A stretch of DNA of 57,725 bases from a virus (Duplodnaviria > Caudoviricetes). The notes below the pieces were generated by a model. It saw nothing but the letters and a program-made list of their open reading frames with translations. It ran no database searches and had not been told where the DNA came from. Location: positions 1 through 57,725 of IMG/VR virus record IMGVR_UViG_3300034064_000874; one strand, 5' to 3'. Within the stretch, counting starts at the first letter, position 1; every line of letters starts with the position of its first letter. Positions 34,890 through 44,134 of the stretch are shown here, in pieces. The translations under genes and the position numbers were made by a program.

Positions 34890-34898
34890 TTCTTGCCA

Positions 34899-35234
34899 TC
34901 AGATAACCGGCGTCTCAGCGGCGGAGGCGTTGTCGCGAGCTTCCGCCCGGTTGATGTAATCACTGAACAAAGCCAGATGGACTAGAGCAATCGGCACGGT
35001 CTCCCCAGTAAGCTCAAGCGTATCTGGGTCGCGCAGAGCGATAGTGCCTAATAGATCGATTGGTCCTGTCAGATCGCCAACATATTGTTTGATGGCAGGA
35101 GAACCATTGACGGCTACCACCTTTTCTTCCGAATAGTTGATTGTCGGCGGCAAACCGTGCGGGTTGTCGATGACAATCCTGAAGGTGCGTTGCCACGATG
35201 AGCCAGAGACGGTGGACTCGTTGTAATCAGCCAT
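34899..35234 (-). CDS. Tail-fiber-associated hypothetical protein
   Basis: Follows the fiber gene; 111 aa. Confidence 0.7.
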   Translation of the reverse strand: MADYNESTVSGSSWQRTFRIVIDNPHGLPPTINYSEEKVVAVNGSPAIKQYVGDLTGPIDLLGTIALRDPDTLELTGETVPIALVHLALFSDYINRAEARDNASAAETPVI

Positions 35235-35238
35235 TGGT

Positions 35239-36606
35239 TTAACCTATTACCCAAGAGGTGCCGTTACTGACGACAGGGACCGCATTGGCCCCACCACCAA
35301 CGGCGGTTGCAAGAAAAGTCGTGGAGTTTGCATCCGTCACAAAAGCCCTGGCTCCTGCCCCTGCGGTTGAAGCAGATGGGAGAGTAGCGACGGTGTAGCT
35401 GCCGCTTTTGACGATGGTTGTCGCCTTGATGCCACCCGTGACTTGCAGTCGATTGCCGCTGCCGTCATCTGCGGTAGCCCCAATGACAGTGACGTCAGTG
35501 GTTCTCCCAAGAACTACTGTGTTGGCAGAGGATACCTTGGCAAGATAGCCAATCGCAGTAGCTGCATTGTAATTAGTGGATGTGGCAAAACCTGATTGAT
35601 GCCCAATAAATGTACAGTTGTTTGCGCTTACGCATGCGTTGGCGGTAACATCAGTAACACCTGCCTGATAGCCTATGCCTGTGTTATTAGCGCCAGTTGA
35701 ATTTCTACTTAATGCCTCTCGACCTATCCCGACGTTTAAGCTAGACAACGTGTAATACAATGCTGTCGGGCCGACTGCCGTATTCGATGACCCATTTACA
35801 ACATTAGCAAGAGCATCGCCCCCAATCGCAAGGTTTTGGCTACCGGAGTAGCAATTTTTTAATGCGCTAGCCCCGATTGCTACGTTTGAAAACCCAGAAT
35901 AGGAACTCTGACCAGCAAATTTTCCCTCAAAATAATTCGAAGTAGCAGCTGTCGTTCTTCTAGCTTCGCTGGTTACCGCATTGCTATTGTCGTAATCTAT
36001 TTCGCAAGCGGTTATTGGTGTTACTTTTTTTACAGTAACCGCGTCAATCGTGATAGTGCCAGTGCTTGTGGCGTCGAAGGGAGTAAACTTTAGAGCCAGC
36101 GAACCACTTGCAGAAGCAGTAATGGTTGCAACAACCGTGTTTGTTGTCGTGTTGCTGTAACGAATTGAAGAGCCAAAACCTGCAGCTCCAATAAAAACAA
36201 ACAGCCCTACGTTATCAGCAACAGAGTGTCTTTGCGTCCATGAAACTTGATAAGTTGCCCCGGTCTCTATTCCAGAAAGGGTCTGCGTTAAATCTCCTTC
36301 AGTTGCCCCATCAAGCGTAAGAACGACATTGTTTGTACCGTAGGCCCAGTTAGTGCCAAGCGTCCATCCTGTCGCTGATCCGGTAAATGTACCGTTAGTG
36401 ACTAATTCAGCGCCAAGAGAGGCCGCATTAGACGTGGCCTTTACCGCATATCCTTCCAGGGTTTTATTGGTCAGAGTTTGGGTGTCGGTCAGGGTGACGG
36501 CGGTCGAAGCCTCCTGCTTATCGTTATTCAGGTTGGTGAAGTTGGCATCGACCTCCGCGTTGGTCAGCGGACTGCCCTTATCGGAGCGAGTGACAATAGT
36601 CGCCAT
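35239..36606 (-). CDS. Tail fiber/receptor-binding protein
   Basis: TRSDKGSPLTNAEVDANF anchor; NxAxGxxAL repeats; C-terminal YTVATLP...SNGTSW. Confidence 0.8.
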   Translation of the reverse strand: MATIVTRSDKGSPLTNAEVDANFTNLNNDKQEASTAVTLTDTQTLTNKTLEGYAVKATSNAASLGAELVTNGTFTGSATGWTLGTNWAYGTNNVVLTLDGATEGDLTQTLSGIETGATYQVSWTQRHSVADNVGLFVFIGAAGFGSSIRYSNTTTNTVVATITASASGSLALKFTPFDATSTGTITIDAVTVKKVTPITACEIDYDNSNAVTSEARRTTAATSNYFEGKFAGQSSYSGFSNVAIGASALKNCYSGSQNLAIGGDALANVVNGSSNTAVGPTALYYTLSSLNVGIGREALSRNSTGANNTGIGYQAGVTDVTANACVSANNCTFIGHQSGFATSTNYNAATAIGYLAKVSSANTVVLGRTTDVTVIGATADDGSGNRLQVTGGIKATTIVKSGSYTVATLPSASTAGAGARAFVTDANSTTFLATAVGGGANAVPVVSNGTSWVIG

Positions 36607-36628
36607 AGCCGATGCCTCTTTCTAGTCC

Positions 36629-37087
36629 TTAAACGGCGGACAGGGTCAGGGTCCAGGTAATGGCCAAGGTGTCGTCAGACTGTTTGTTGACGACCGGGAA
36701 CACCGTGCGGCAGAGCATGTCGCCGCCTGTCAGCGCGTTAAAGATCCCGGCCTCGGTCACCGCACCCGTCGCATCGCCGGCTTCAAACGAAGACACATAG
36801 ACGATCTTCTCGTTATTAGTGCCGCTGATTGTGGTGCTGTCCAGAGCTTCGCGCACCCCAAGAATGCTCACCAGATCCGTCTGTCCCGCTGCGGCGGCCG
36901 TGGTGCTGGAACCCAAAGCCATGTGGGACATGACGCCTTTGGTGACACCCGCCATGCGGCTGATGACGAAAGCCAGGCCGCTGTTGACGACAAGATTCTT
37001 GATCTCGCGGGTGTCTTTTACGTTACCGTCCTTGTCCCGCAAGACCATCTCGACCTGCCCGACCATCTGCAATTTATCGTTGATCAT
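36629..37087 (-). CDS. Virion structural protein
   Basis: KNLVVNSG...TGAVTEAGIFNA...TWT motif family. Confidence 0.75.
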   Translation of the reverse strand: MINDKLQMVGQVEMVLRDKDGNVKDTREIKNLVVNSGLAFVISRMAGVTKGVMSHMALGSSTTAAAAGQTDLVSILGVREALDSTTISGTNNEKIVYVSSFEAGDATGAVTEAGIFNALTGGDMLCRTVFPVVNKQSDDTLAITWTLTLSAV

Positions 37088-37099
37088 GGAAATATCCTC

Positions 37100-38206
37100 T
37101 TAAAAAGTTCTGGAAGCGCCGACGTAGTCTTCCGCGAAATAACTGAAGTCGCAGTAACCTTGACTCCGCAAAGACCCCGTGTCGGTGAGCGTGGCCTGTT
37201 CCGTGCGCGTTTTGCCAAACGTCCGTGCGGCAGTGTCGGAGACCTGCGCCGTATCGGCTGCTGGTCGCTCAAGACCCCACTGATGCGCGTCCCCAAAAGA
37301 AGAGAGGTCCGACAGTGGTTTCTCGGCGCCCCGCGCCATGCTTTCAGTAAAGGCAAATGCGTCCGTCAGGGCTTTGCCCATCGCCCGACGAGTAAAGTCG
37401 TTTAGAAGTGCAGGGTCTGCAAAGCTACGAACAAACTGCGCCATCCGGTAGAAGTCATCAGAGAAGGCGGACTGATCTGTTCGCGTCTTGACGAAGGTCA
37501 CCTCCTGGTCATCTTGCAGCGAGGCAGCGCCATCGAGGTCGTCCGTAGCGGTTATCACATCGAACAGGCTTTTCTCCATCAGGCGGTGCGTCTGCTCCAG
37601 AAAGCCGACAGCATCCGTCAGGTTCTTACCTAACTGAGCGGTGGCTACGCTTACCATCCGTAGCGCGTCTGCGGCAGGGCGGTGTAAGTTCAGGGCGGGC
37701 GTGTCTGTCACCTCCCAGGCGTCGCCCAACGGACGAGCCATTTGATAGCGATGGGCATCCAGCAGCGAGGCGGTGTCCGTCAGCACTTTGGCAAACGTCC
37801 GTTGCTCGGTATCCAGCCATGCAGCCGCCTCTGTCAGGGACTTTGCGGCGTCCATGTAAAGCCGATCGGTGACTTGGGCATTATCGCTACGCCCTTTGCT
37901 CAAGTGCCGGGACACTTGGCTTAACAGTGCCAGAGCTTCGCGCAGGGGTTTTTGTAGCTGAACGCGAGCCGTGTCGGTCACGCCGAAAACGTCGAACAAG
38001 TCCAGAATCTTCAGGAATCGCCCGACCACCGCTTGTACGGCGAGGACGCTGGCTCGAACAGACATGGTCAGCTTCGGCGCGGAAACCATAGCGGCGATGA
38101 CGCTGGCTCGAACAGACATGGTCATCGCCGGCGCGGAAACCATAGCGGCAAACTGACGGGCCGAAGCCGTCAGTTGGATAACCCGCGTGGTCAGCGTCGA
38201 CTTCAT
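37100..38206 (-). CDS. Repetitive virion structural protein
   Basis: About 18-aa K.L.D....D repeats; C-terminal YFAEDYVG. Confidence 0.7.
   Translation of the reverse strand: MKSTLTTRVIQLTASARQFAAMVSAPAMTMSVRASVIAAMVSAPKLTMSVRASVLAVQAVVGRFLKILDLFDVFGVTDTARVQLQKPLREALALLSQVSRHLSKGRSDNAQVTDRLYMDAAKSLTEAAAWLDTEQRTFAKVLTDTASLLDAHRYQMARPLGDAWEVTDTPALNLHRPAADALRMVSVATAQLGKNLTDAVGFLEQTHRLMEKSLFDVITATDDLDGAASLQDDQEVTFVKTRTDQSAFSDDFYRMAQFVRSFADPALLNDFTRRAMGKALTDAFAFTESMARGAEKPLSDLSSFGDAHQWGLERPAADTAQVSDTAARTFGKTRTEQATLTDTGSLRSQGYCDFSYFAEDYVGASRTF
38045..38149. repeat. 54-bp tandem duplication
   Basis: gacgctggctcgaacagacatggtca...ggcgcggaaaccatagcggc occurs twice. Confidence 0.9.
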
Positions 38207-38541
38207 CAGCCGAAGTCCTCCCGGACGCTGAACTTCAATACCTCATATACGGTTTGCCGAACCCCGTCGGCGAATACGACCTCGACCTCACCCTCATAAG
38301 ACCCCGCCGGTAGATCCAGATTTCCGGTGGCCCAGGTAAATATGACTTCGCCCAAAGGGGCGGTATCCGCGCTCAGGAGCCCAGTACGAGTGACGAGAAT
38401 CGTAGCCTCGCCCGTAGCACGGAGCCGCAAGGTCAGCGTGGCGCCCAGCAGGTCAACGGGCGCCCCAGTGTCCTGGTCCGTCAGCGTCAGCTTGAGCTGC
38501 GGTCCGGTGTCGCCTTGTACCAGTTTGATTTTCTCGGCCAC
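38206..38541 (-). CDS. BppU-N-like Ig-fold structural protein
   Basis: VQGDTGP...PVDLLGAT...GSYEGEVEV. Confidence 0.7.
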   Translation of the reverse strand: MAEKIKLVQGDTGPQLKLTLTDQDTGAPVDLLGATLTLRLRATGEATILVTRTGLLSADTAPLGEVIFTWATGNLDLPAGSYEGEVEVVFADGVRQTVYEVLKFSVREDFG

Positions 38542-38544
38542 GGG

Positions 38545-39240
38545 TTAGCCCTGAGCCCGAGTCGGGACGCCGCCGATGCCGCCACCGCGGGGATTGTTCG
38601 CCGCCCCGCCGATGTTGTTGGCGTTGGCGCTGTTAGCGATGTCCTGCTGGCGACCGATGCCGAGGGCATTGGCAAACTGCGTGTAATGCGCCAGAGCGCG
38701 ATTGGCGTTGCCCGCATATTCGGAGTCCTTACTGAAGGCCCGGTAGCAGACGTAGTCCACCATCGCCCCGCCGTAGAGCTCTTCGTAGGCGGTCAGGGTA
38801 GAGGACGTGGTGTAGTCGGTCGGGGCCTTCTGATAGATCAGTTCGACACTCGCGGCTGACGTGGCCGGCGGATATACCCAGAAAGTGCTGGGGTTACGCT
38901 CATCGACCATGAAGTGTTTGATCGTCGCGCTGCCGGTCATCTGATGCCAGCCGGGATTTTGTTGATCCAAAAACCCGCGCTGGGTCACCGTGATCGCCGC
39001 GCCGCTGGTATTGCGGGGAATATCCATCAAGCGCAGCCCGTCCGCTGGCAGGGACTGCTTGGCCCCCGTCGTTAGCGCCTTGGTCGCCATATCGGAGTAG
39101 ATATCCGGCCGCACCACCGCCAGTTCGCGCCGCGCATCGTTCAGCCAGTTAAGGATCTCGGTCTCCGGCCAGCGGACGTTGGTCAAGTCCTGGATGATCA
39201 TGCTTGCACGATCAAGGATGTTTTTTGCGGTCAGTGCCAT
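38545..39240 (-). CDS. Head-tail adaptor protein
   Basis: RWPETEILNWLNDARREL...YRAFSKD. Confidence 0.75.
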   Translation of the reverse strand: MALTAKNILDRASMIIQDLTNVRWPETEILNWLNDARRELAVVRPDIYSDMATKALTTGAKQSLPADGLRLMDIPRNTSGAAITVTQRGFLDQQNPGWHQMTGSATIKHFMVDERNPSTFWVYPPATSAASVELIYQKAPTDYTTSSTLTAYEELYGGAMVDYVCYRAFSKDSEYAGNANRALAHYTQFANALGIGRQQDIANSANANNIGGAANNPRGGGIGGVPTRAQG

Positions 39241-39246
39241 GTTAGG

Positions 39247-39280
39247 TTCCTGCTACGGGAAAATGCCGTCATCACGACGG
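39247..39280 (-). promoter_or_regulatory. GUGA-loop hairpin plus TCCCGTAGCAGGAA RBS hairpin
   Basis: Same two elements lie before the capsid gene (42082-42116). Confidence 0.65.
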
Positions 39281-39281
39281 G

Positions 39282-39896
39282 TTAAAAATCGTTGGCAACT
39301 CTCAGTGGTTTTTGAGTGCCGTCCTTGTCAGCGATGATCGAATGAGTGCCGACCAGCCGCTCAAACTCCTGCTTGTAGAACACCGCCTGATTGGGATCCG
39401 ACCAGGGTCGATTCGGCACCTTCATCAAGCGCCAGAGGGCATTCGCTTCGATGGCGTCCCAGTACAGGTCGTAGAGCATCCTCGGGATCGATGTAGCGTT
39501 CCTGAGTGGCGCCAGGATGAGGGTCAGCGTCAGTACGCCCTGGGCGCTGGCTGCAGGCGCCAGAGATAGCGTTTCCGGATTGGCACGATAGAAACCAAAG
39601 GGCCGGTCGTAATCAAGATCCTGCGACTCCTGACGGGTCACCGGATTCAGCAAATCACCATCCCAGCGGACGTTGTCGATATAGATGATCGAGCCATCGT
39701 CTTCAGGCGTCAGCGCGATATGCTGGGTGCCGGCACTGACGGTGCGTCGCTGCTGATTCGACCAGGCCCGCGTCCGCTCGCAGAACTCGATCGCCGCCCA
39801 GAGAATCCCCTGAGAAGCGATCGGGATCGGGCAGTCCAGCATCATCGGCCCGACAAGGGACTCCAGGGTGATGCTGTCTTCTGCGGAGTAGGCCAT
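39282..39896 (-). CDS. Tail tubular A-like/adaptor protein
   Basis: AAIEFCERTRAW...PNRPWSDP. Confidence 0.7.
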   Translation of the reverse strand: MAYSAEDSITLESLVGPMMLDCPIPIASQGILWAAIEFCERTRAWSNQQRRTVSAGTQHIALTPEDDGSIIYIDNVRWDGDLLNPVTRQESQDLDYDRPFGFYRANPETLSLAPAASAQGVLTLTLILAPLRNATSIPRMLYDLYWDAIEANALWRLMKVPNRPWSDPNQAVFYKQEFERLVGTHSIIADKDGTQKPLRVANDF

Positions 39897-40261
39897 TAGC
39901 GACGTCTACCGATCTGTGAGGTGATGTACTGACGGATCTTGGATTCCGACCAGCGCTTGTCGACCTGCTCGCCAAACTCACGCTGGCAATAGGTCTGCAG
40001 CTGCGCCTTGTCCATCACGTTGAGATCCACCAAAGGCGGGTCCAGCGGCGGCTCTTCCACCGTTTCTTCTGGCATTTCAACAGGTTCAGCCGTGTTTGAG
40101 CGACCTACGATTTGCCAGACATGACCATTGCTTTCGACGGCCGATCTGCCTGCCTCAGGCACCTCCTGCACATCACCCGGTTCAGTCCAGATGACAAGGG
40201 TTTTGCCGCACAAAAGGCGCTTTCCGGTCGGGCTCTCGCCGATGTATTTGACTTTCAGCAT
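39896..40261 (-). CDS. Hypothetical head-region protein
   Basis: 121 aa; C-terminal Rho-N-like helices. Confidence 0.65.
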   Translation of the reverse strand: MLKVKYIGESPTGKRLLCGKTLVIWTEPGDVQEVPEAGRSAVESNGHVWQIVGRSNTAEPVEMPEETVEEPPLDPPLVDLNVMDKAQLQTYCQREFGEQVDKRWSESKIRQYITSQIGRRR

Positions 40262-40312
40262 GGAAGTCTCACGAAAATTAAGAGGCCCGAGCGAACCCGG
40301 GCCAGGCAGCCC

Positions 40313-40729
40313 TTATTTCGGGCCGAGCAATTTGCCATTGATCTGCACGGTCACCGCGCCAGACGCGCCGGTATTGATCGTGCCGAAAACAGCCTGCAGG
40401 AAGCTGTCCTTCTCAACCTTCACCGGCGTGGCCAGCAGATAGGTGATGCCGGTTGCAGCCGCCGTGCCAGCGGCATAGTCGTCCAGGAAAGCCGCTGCCG
40501 TACCGGAAGATCCGTCAACCGGAGCAAAGCCCAGGTCCAAAGGAGCCGCGGTGCCCAGATCAGCGTTCTGGATGGTGATGCTGCGGATCTCGGTGCCGGC
40601 CGGAATGACCAGGAAGTTCCACAGGTCTCCGGTCGCAGGCGTCGCCGTGATGCTGGCCTGGTCGGAGTAGGCATAGCTGCGCTCGGACACAGGGGCCCGG
40701 GTCAGCGTGGATGCAGTTACAGTTGCCAT
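40313..40729 (-). CDS. Putative capsid decoration/cement protein
   Basis: Beta-rich, IPAGT motif; directly after the capsid gene. Confidence 0.65.
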   Translation of the reverse strand: MATVTASTLTRAPVSERSYAYSDQASITATPATGDLWNFLVIPAGTEIRSITIQNADLGTAAPLDLGFAPVDGSSGTAAAFLDDYAAGTAAATGITYLLATPVKVEKDSFLQAVFGTINTGASGAVTVQINGKLLGPK

Positions 40730-40755
40730 AAAGGTTTCCTCAAATCAGATAAGGA

Positions 40756-40778
40756 AAAGCCCCATTGCTGGGGCTTCT
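40756..40778 (-). terminator. Terminator-like hairpin after capsid gene
   Basis: AAGCCCCAGCAATGGGGCTTTT. Confidence 0.6.
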
Positions 40779-40782
40779 CGGA

Positions 40783-42075
40783 TTACAGTGCGACGATGGA
40801 ATCGACAACAGCGACACCGTAGTCGGTCGGCTCAGAAGAGCCATCCGCGTTGGTGAAGTTGAAGCGCAGCTTGGACATGCCGAACATGGCGTCGCCCGCA
40901 ACCTCAAGGCCGCGATCGAAGTCATATTTCCGTTCCATCCAGTTAAAGACGCCGCCATTGCCGTTGTTGCGGCCATAGCACATCGCCAGGGCCTGGCCAC
41001 CGGTCAGGATGGCGCGCTCAACCGCGTGGCTGGACCCAATAGCGGCCACAGCCTGATCACTTTCGGTCGCGGTCAGCCTGTTGGCTGCAGTCACGATCTT
41101 GGTGGTCTCGCCGGCCAGGAAGCGCACGGTAAAGCGCGGGGTCTTCTTGACCAAAATGCCGTTCCACAAACCCGGCTCACCGCTGAACAGCGGGTGCTTG
41201 GAGCCGTAGCTCTTGCGGACCCATGCGTTCTGCAGGAAGGTTCTCCACAGGTTGCTGGCGCCACCTTCGGTCTGCATGTGGTGCCACTGACGCGGCGTGA
41301 CCCACAGGATCGCCTTGATCGGCTCGTCCGATGCGGCAGGGTCATCCGCCACCTTGACGTTCGGCATCGGGAATTCCTGATCCTCCAGCAGCAGCGACAG
41401 GGTGTCGATGTGAGCCAGGGTCAGGAAGTCGGTGTTGGCGATGCTGTTGAGGCCGATACCACCTTGGGCAATGCCGCCAGAGGCATCCGAGGTGACGAAG
41501 TGACGGTTGTAGGTGGGAGCCTTCACCGTATTCATCAGGATGTCGCTGAAGTCAGCGTCAGAAGCGGTCGGAACGATCCAGTCACGGCCGGTCAGAGAGC
41601 CGCGAGCGCCGGCCAGGTGGACAATGCTCAGCTGGTCATAAAGACGCGGGAAGTAACCTTCCAGCTGCGCCATCGCCACCCCACGCAGGTTATGCACGGT
41701 GCGCTGATTGGCCATCTTCTTGCCGGCATCCACCGCCTTGGTCAGGAGATCGATGCGGATGTCCATGGAGGAACTGGTGAGCTTCTCGCCGGTTCCTTCC
41801 GCAGAGCGGTCACCCACCAGGGGCTTGCCGTTGATGGTGTCGAACAAGTCAACAGAGACGGTGTCGCCGTTGGTCTTGGAGAGGTCGGTCACGCGCACAA
41901 TCGGCATGGTCGGGCTGGTTTGGCCCTTCAGCTTGCCTTCGGCGGATCCCTGGTTGGGGGCGTCGCCGGTCAGTGTCTTGGTGAACGACGGAGCCTGAAT
42001 AATCCGCGCAAAGAGCGCGGCGCCATAAATCTTGCGGGCTAAAGCTGAGCCCACAGGTACGGTCGTCTGTGCCAT
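40783..42075 (-). CDS. Major capsid protein, N4-gp56/DUF4043 type
   Basis: PIVRVTDLSK..GD.VSVDL, QRTVHNLR, HLAGARG and HPLFSGE.GLWNGILV motifs. Confidence 0.92.
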   Translation of the reverse strand: MAQTTVPVGSALARKIYGAALFARIIQAPSFTKTLTGDAPNQGSAEGKLKGQTSPTMPIVRVTDLSKTNGDTVSVDLFDTINGKPLVGDRSAEGTGEKLTSSSMDIRIDLLTKAVDAGKKMANQRTVHNLRGVAMAQLEGYFPRLYDQLSIVHLAGARGSLTGRDWIVPTASDADFSDILMNTVKAPTYNRHFVTSDASGGIAQGGIGLNSIANTDFLTLAHIDTLSLLLEDQEFPMPNVKVADDPAASDEPIKAILWVTPRQWHHMQTEGGASNLWRTFLQNAWVRKSYGSKHPLFSGEPGLWNGILVKKTPRFTVRFLAGETTKIVTAANRLTATESDQAVAAIGSSHAVERAILTGGQALAMCYGRNNGNGGVFNWMERKYDFDRGLEVAGDAMFGMSKLRFNFTNADGSSEPTDYGVAVVDSIVAL

Positions 42076-42081
42076 ATAAGT

Positions 42082-42172
42082 TTCCTGCTACGGGAGCGTG
42101 GGCGTCATCACGACGCGCACAAAAAAACCGCCTCTCGGCGGTTCGGTTAAAGGTCGGCGTGTCTCACGACAT
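42082..42172 (-). promoter_or_regulatory. Capsid leader: GUGA hairpin, terminator (42121-42143), GUGA hairpin, RBS hairpin
   Basis: Inverted repeats read directly. Confidence 0.65.
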
Positions 42173-42177
42173 GGCCA

Positions 42178-43149
42178 TTACGCAAATCGGGCGAACCAGT
42201 CTTCCTGCTGCTGCGGAGTCATCCGCTGCAACATCGCCTGAATGTCGACCGTGCTGGCCGAGTTCAGGTTGATTCCGTCCGACTCAGGGCTACTGCCCCC
42301 GCGAATATCGGAGAGCGTGTTGATCGGGAGCTCCTCCTTCTCAACCGGCTTCGTCTTCTTCACGGGAGCGGGCTTCTCAACGACATACTGGCTCGGTACT
42401 GAGACCGGCCCGAAGTCCTCTTCCAGTCGCTCGACCACTTTCTGGAACCGCTCGGCGATCGGCTTGTTGGCCCAGGCCGGTCGGTTCTGCAGTTCCTGGT
42501 CGATGGCGACAGCGGCTTCCCACATCTGCGGATTACCATCCTCTGAACGGAGGTAGCGCAGGGTCGGGTTAGCATCGATAGCGGCGTGGATCTCTTCCAT
42601 CACCACCTGTTGCTTCGCTTGCTGCTCGCGCTCCCACTGAGATGCCATCGCCTCAATCCGGGCATCTCTGGCCTGCATTTCCTGGCGGAGCCGATCGATC
42701 TCCGCTCGGGCTGCCCGATTAGCGCGGGCAATCTCAGGAAACTCAGATTCCAGTGCCTGGATATCCGGGTCGTTGGGGTCATACGTGGGAATGTCAGTCG
42801 GGGTCGCGATCCCCGTCTGCTGTGCTTGCTTCAGCGCTTCAATCTCTCGCTGCAGCTCAGCCGCTTGTTCAGCCGCTGCTCGCCTTGCTTCCCGCTCCTG
42901 CTTCAGGACTTGGTACGGGATCTGGTGCTTGCCATCGGCCGACAGGATCGGCGCTTCTTCCTCTGCCTGTGTCTCGGTGGACGATGCCGAGATCTCTTCT
43001 TTTTCGTCCGCTTCCGGCGCCTCCTCAGTCACTTCGTCGTTGATGTCGCTGGTGTCACCACCAAGCTGCGCAATCAACGCTTCCATGTCTTCAGGAAGTT
43101 TGTCCGGGTCCAGGGTCGCGAGGTTGACGCCTAGGTCTTCGTCTTGCAT
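42178..43149 (-). CDS. Scaffolding protein
   Basis: Acidic coiled coil; DGKHQIPYQVL; upstream of capsid. Confidence 0.85.
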   Translation of the reverse strand: MQDEDLGVNLATLDPDKLPEDMEALIAQLGGDTSDINDEVTEEAPEADEKEEISASSTETQAEEEAPILSADGKHQIPYQVLKQEREARRAAAEQAAELQREIEALKQAQQTGIATPTDIPTYDPNDPDIQALESEFPEIARANRAARAEIDRLRQEMQARDARIEAMASQWEREQQAKQQVVMEEIHAAIDANPTLRYLRSEDGNPQMWEAAVAIDQELQNRPAWANKPIAERFQKVVERLEEDFGPVSVPSQYVVEKPAPVKKTKPVEKEELPINTLSDIRGGSSPESDGINLNSASTVDIQAMLQRMTPQQQEDWFARFA

Positions 43150-43200
43150 GTCGTCGTCTACCGTTTATCGCAGCGGTCGCGTGTTAAGGAGCTAGTGCTC

Positions 43201-43272
43201 CGCGCCGTCATCACGACGGTGCGTGTCGCCTCACGGCGAGAATCGGGCACAAAAAAACCCGCGCTTGGCGGG
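43201..43272 (-). promoter_or_regulatory. Scaffold leader: terminator (43251-43272) followed by two GUGA-loop hairpins
   Basis: CCCGCCAAGCGCGGG-T7; TCGCCGTGAGGCGA; CGCACCGTCGTGATGACGGCGCG. Confidence 0.65.
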
Positions 43273-43294
43273 CCTGATTGGCGTGGGTGTTGGG

Positions 43295-44134
43295 TTACGG
43301 GTTGCTGGCCATCATCGATGGTAGCTGCGCCATGTACTGATTGGCGGCCTTGCGCTTGGTCGGCCAGGATTTACGCGCACCACCCACGACGGGCAGCACG
43401 TCTCTCAGGCCAAAATCACGGCGATTGCCCAGCTTCCCGGGCTGGTTATAGAAGGCAATGGCTGAGCGAGCCGCCCACACTGGATCCTGGGAAACCAGAT
43501 CGGGGTTATTGGCAATCGTGCCGCCGGTCCTGTAATAGTCGTCGACGTTCTCGTAGGCCTGGCGTCCAGTCAGATGCACCATGCCGCGGCCTCGGTACTT
43601 GTAGCCGTCTCCAGGCTGCGTGTTGCCCAGGTCAGGACGATCGCCATACAGGGCGTTGTACTGGCCCTCCTCATCCATGCCGGCAATTGACTTCGCCTGC
43701 TTGATGACGGATGGCTTCTTGCCGCCGAATAGCTTGGCAATCCGTTTGGGGTTGGTATATCGACCATGTTCGGCCATGCCGGAGAGCGGGAAACCGCCGG
43801 TTTCGCCATGTGCCACACCCATCATCGCGGCAATCGCCCGGTCGGAATAACCCGCCTGGCGCAGTTCCTTGATGTAGGTCTGCTTGTAGTCGTCGGAGGT
43901 GTAGTTGCGAGCCTGAGCCATCGGCGCTGCCTGAGTTGGCTGCGCGGCAGCCTGAGCGGGCTGAGTCGGACGTCCGAAATACTCGCGCATGTCCTTGGTG
44001 GCCAGGCGCATCGGCATCATGTCGCCGGTTTCCGTGTTCCGGAGCAGGTAATCACGGTTATTCGCCTCGACAATCTGCCGGGCTTCTTCCGGCGTGGGCA
44101 ATCCTTGTCGACGGGTATTCTGTAAGCCAGCCAT
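43295..44134 (-). CDS. Glycoside hydrolase family 19 protein with N-terminal extension
   Basis: HGETGGF; LGNTQPGDGYKYRGRGMVHLTGR. Confidence 0.85.
   Translation of the reverse strand: MAGLQNTRRQGLPTPEEARQIVEANNRDYLLRNTETGDMMPMRLATKDMREYFGRPTQPAQAAAQPTQAAPMAQARNYTSDDYKQTYIKELRQAGYSDRAIAAMMGVAHGETGGFPLSGMAEHGRYTNPKRIAKLFGGKKPSVIKQAKSIAGMDEEGQYNALYGDRPDLGNTQPGDGYKYRGRGMVHLTGRQAYENVDDYYRTGGTIANNPDLVSQDPVWAARSAIAFYNQPGKLGNRRDFGLRDVLPVVGGARKSWPTKRKAANQYMAQLPSMMASNP

Noticed and set aside
27291-36606. Diversity-generating retroelement or invertible fiber switch
   Set aside because: No reverse transcriptase, template/variable repeat pair, invertase or inverted fiber cassette seen in the window
40765-42042. 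425-aa + strand ORF antisense to the capsid gene (also 24056-25231, 43936-44847, 17835-18698, 30579-31406, 51354-52118)
   Set aside because: Antisense shadows of GC3-rich genes; no RBS or recognisable motifs
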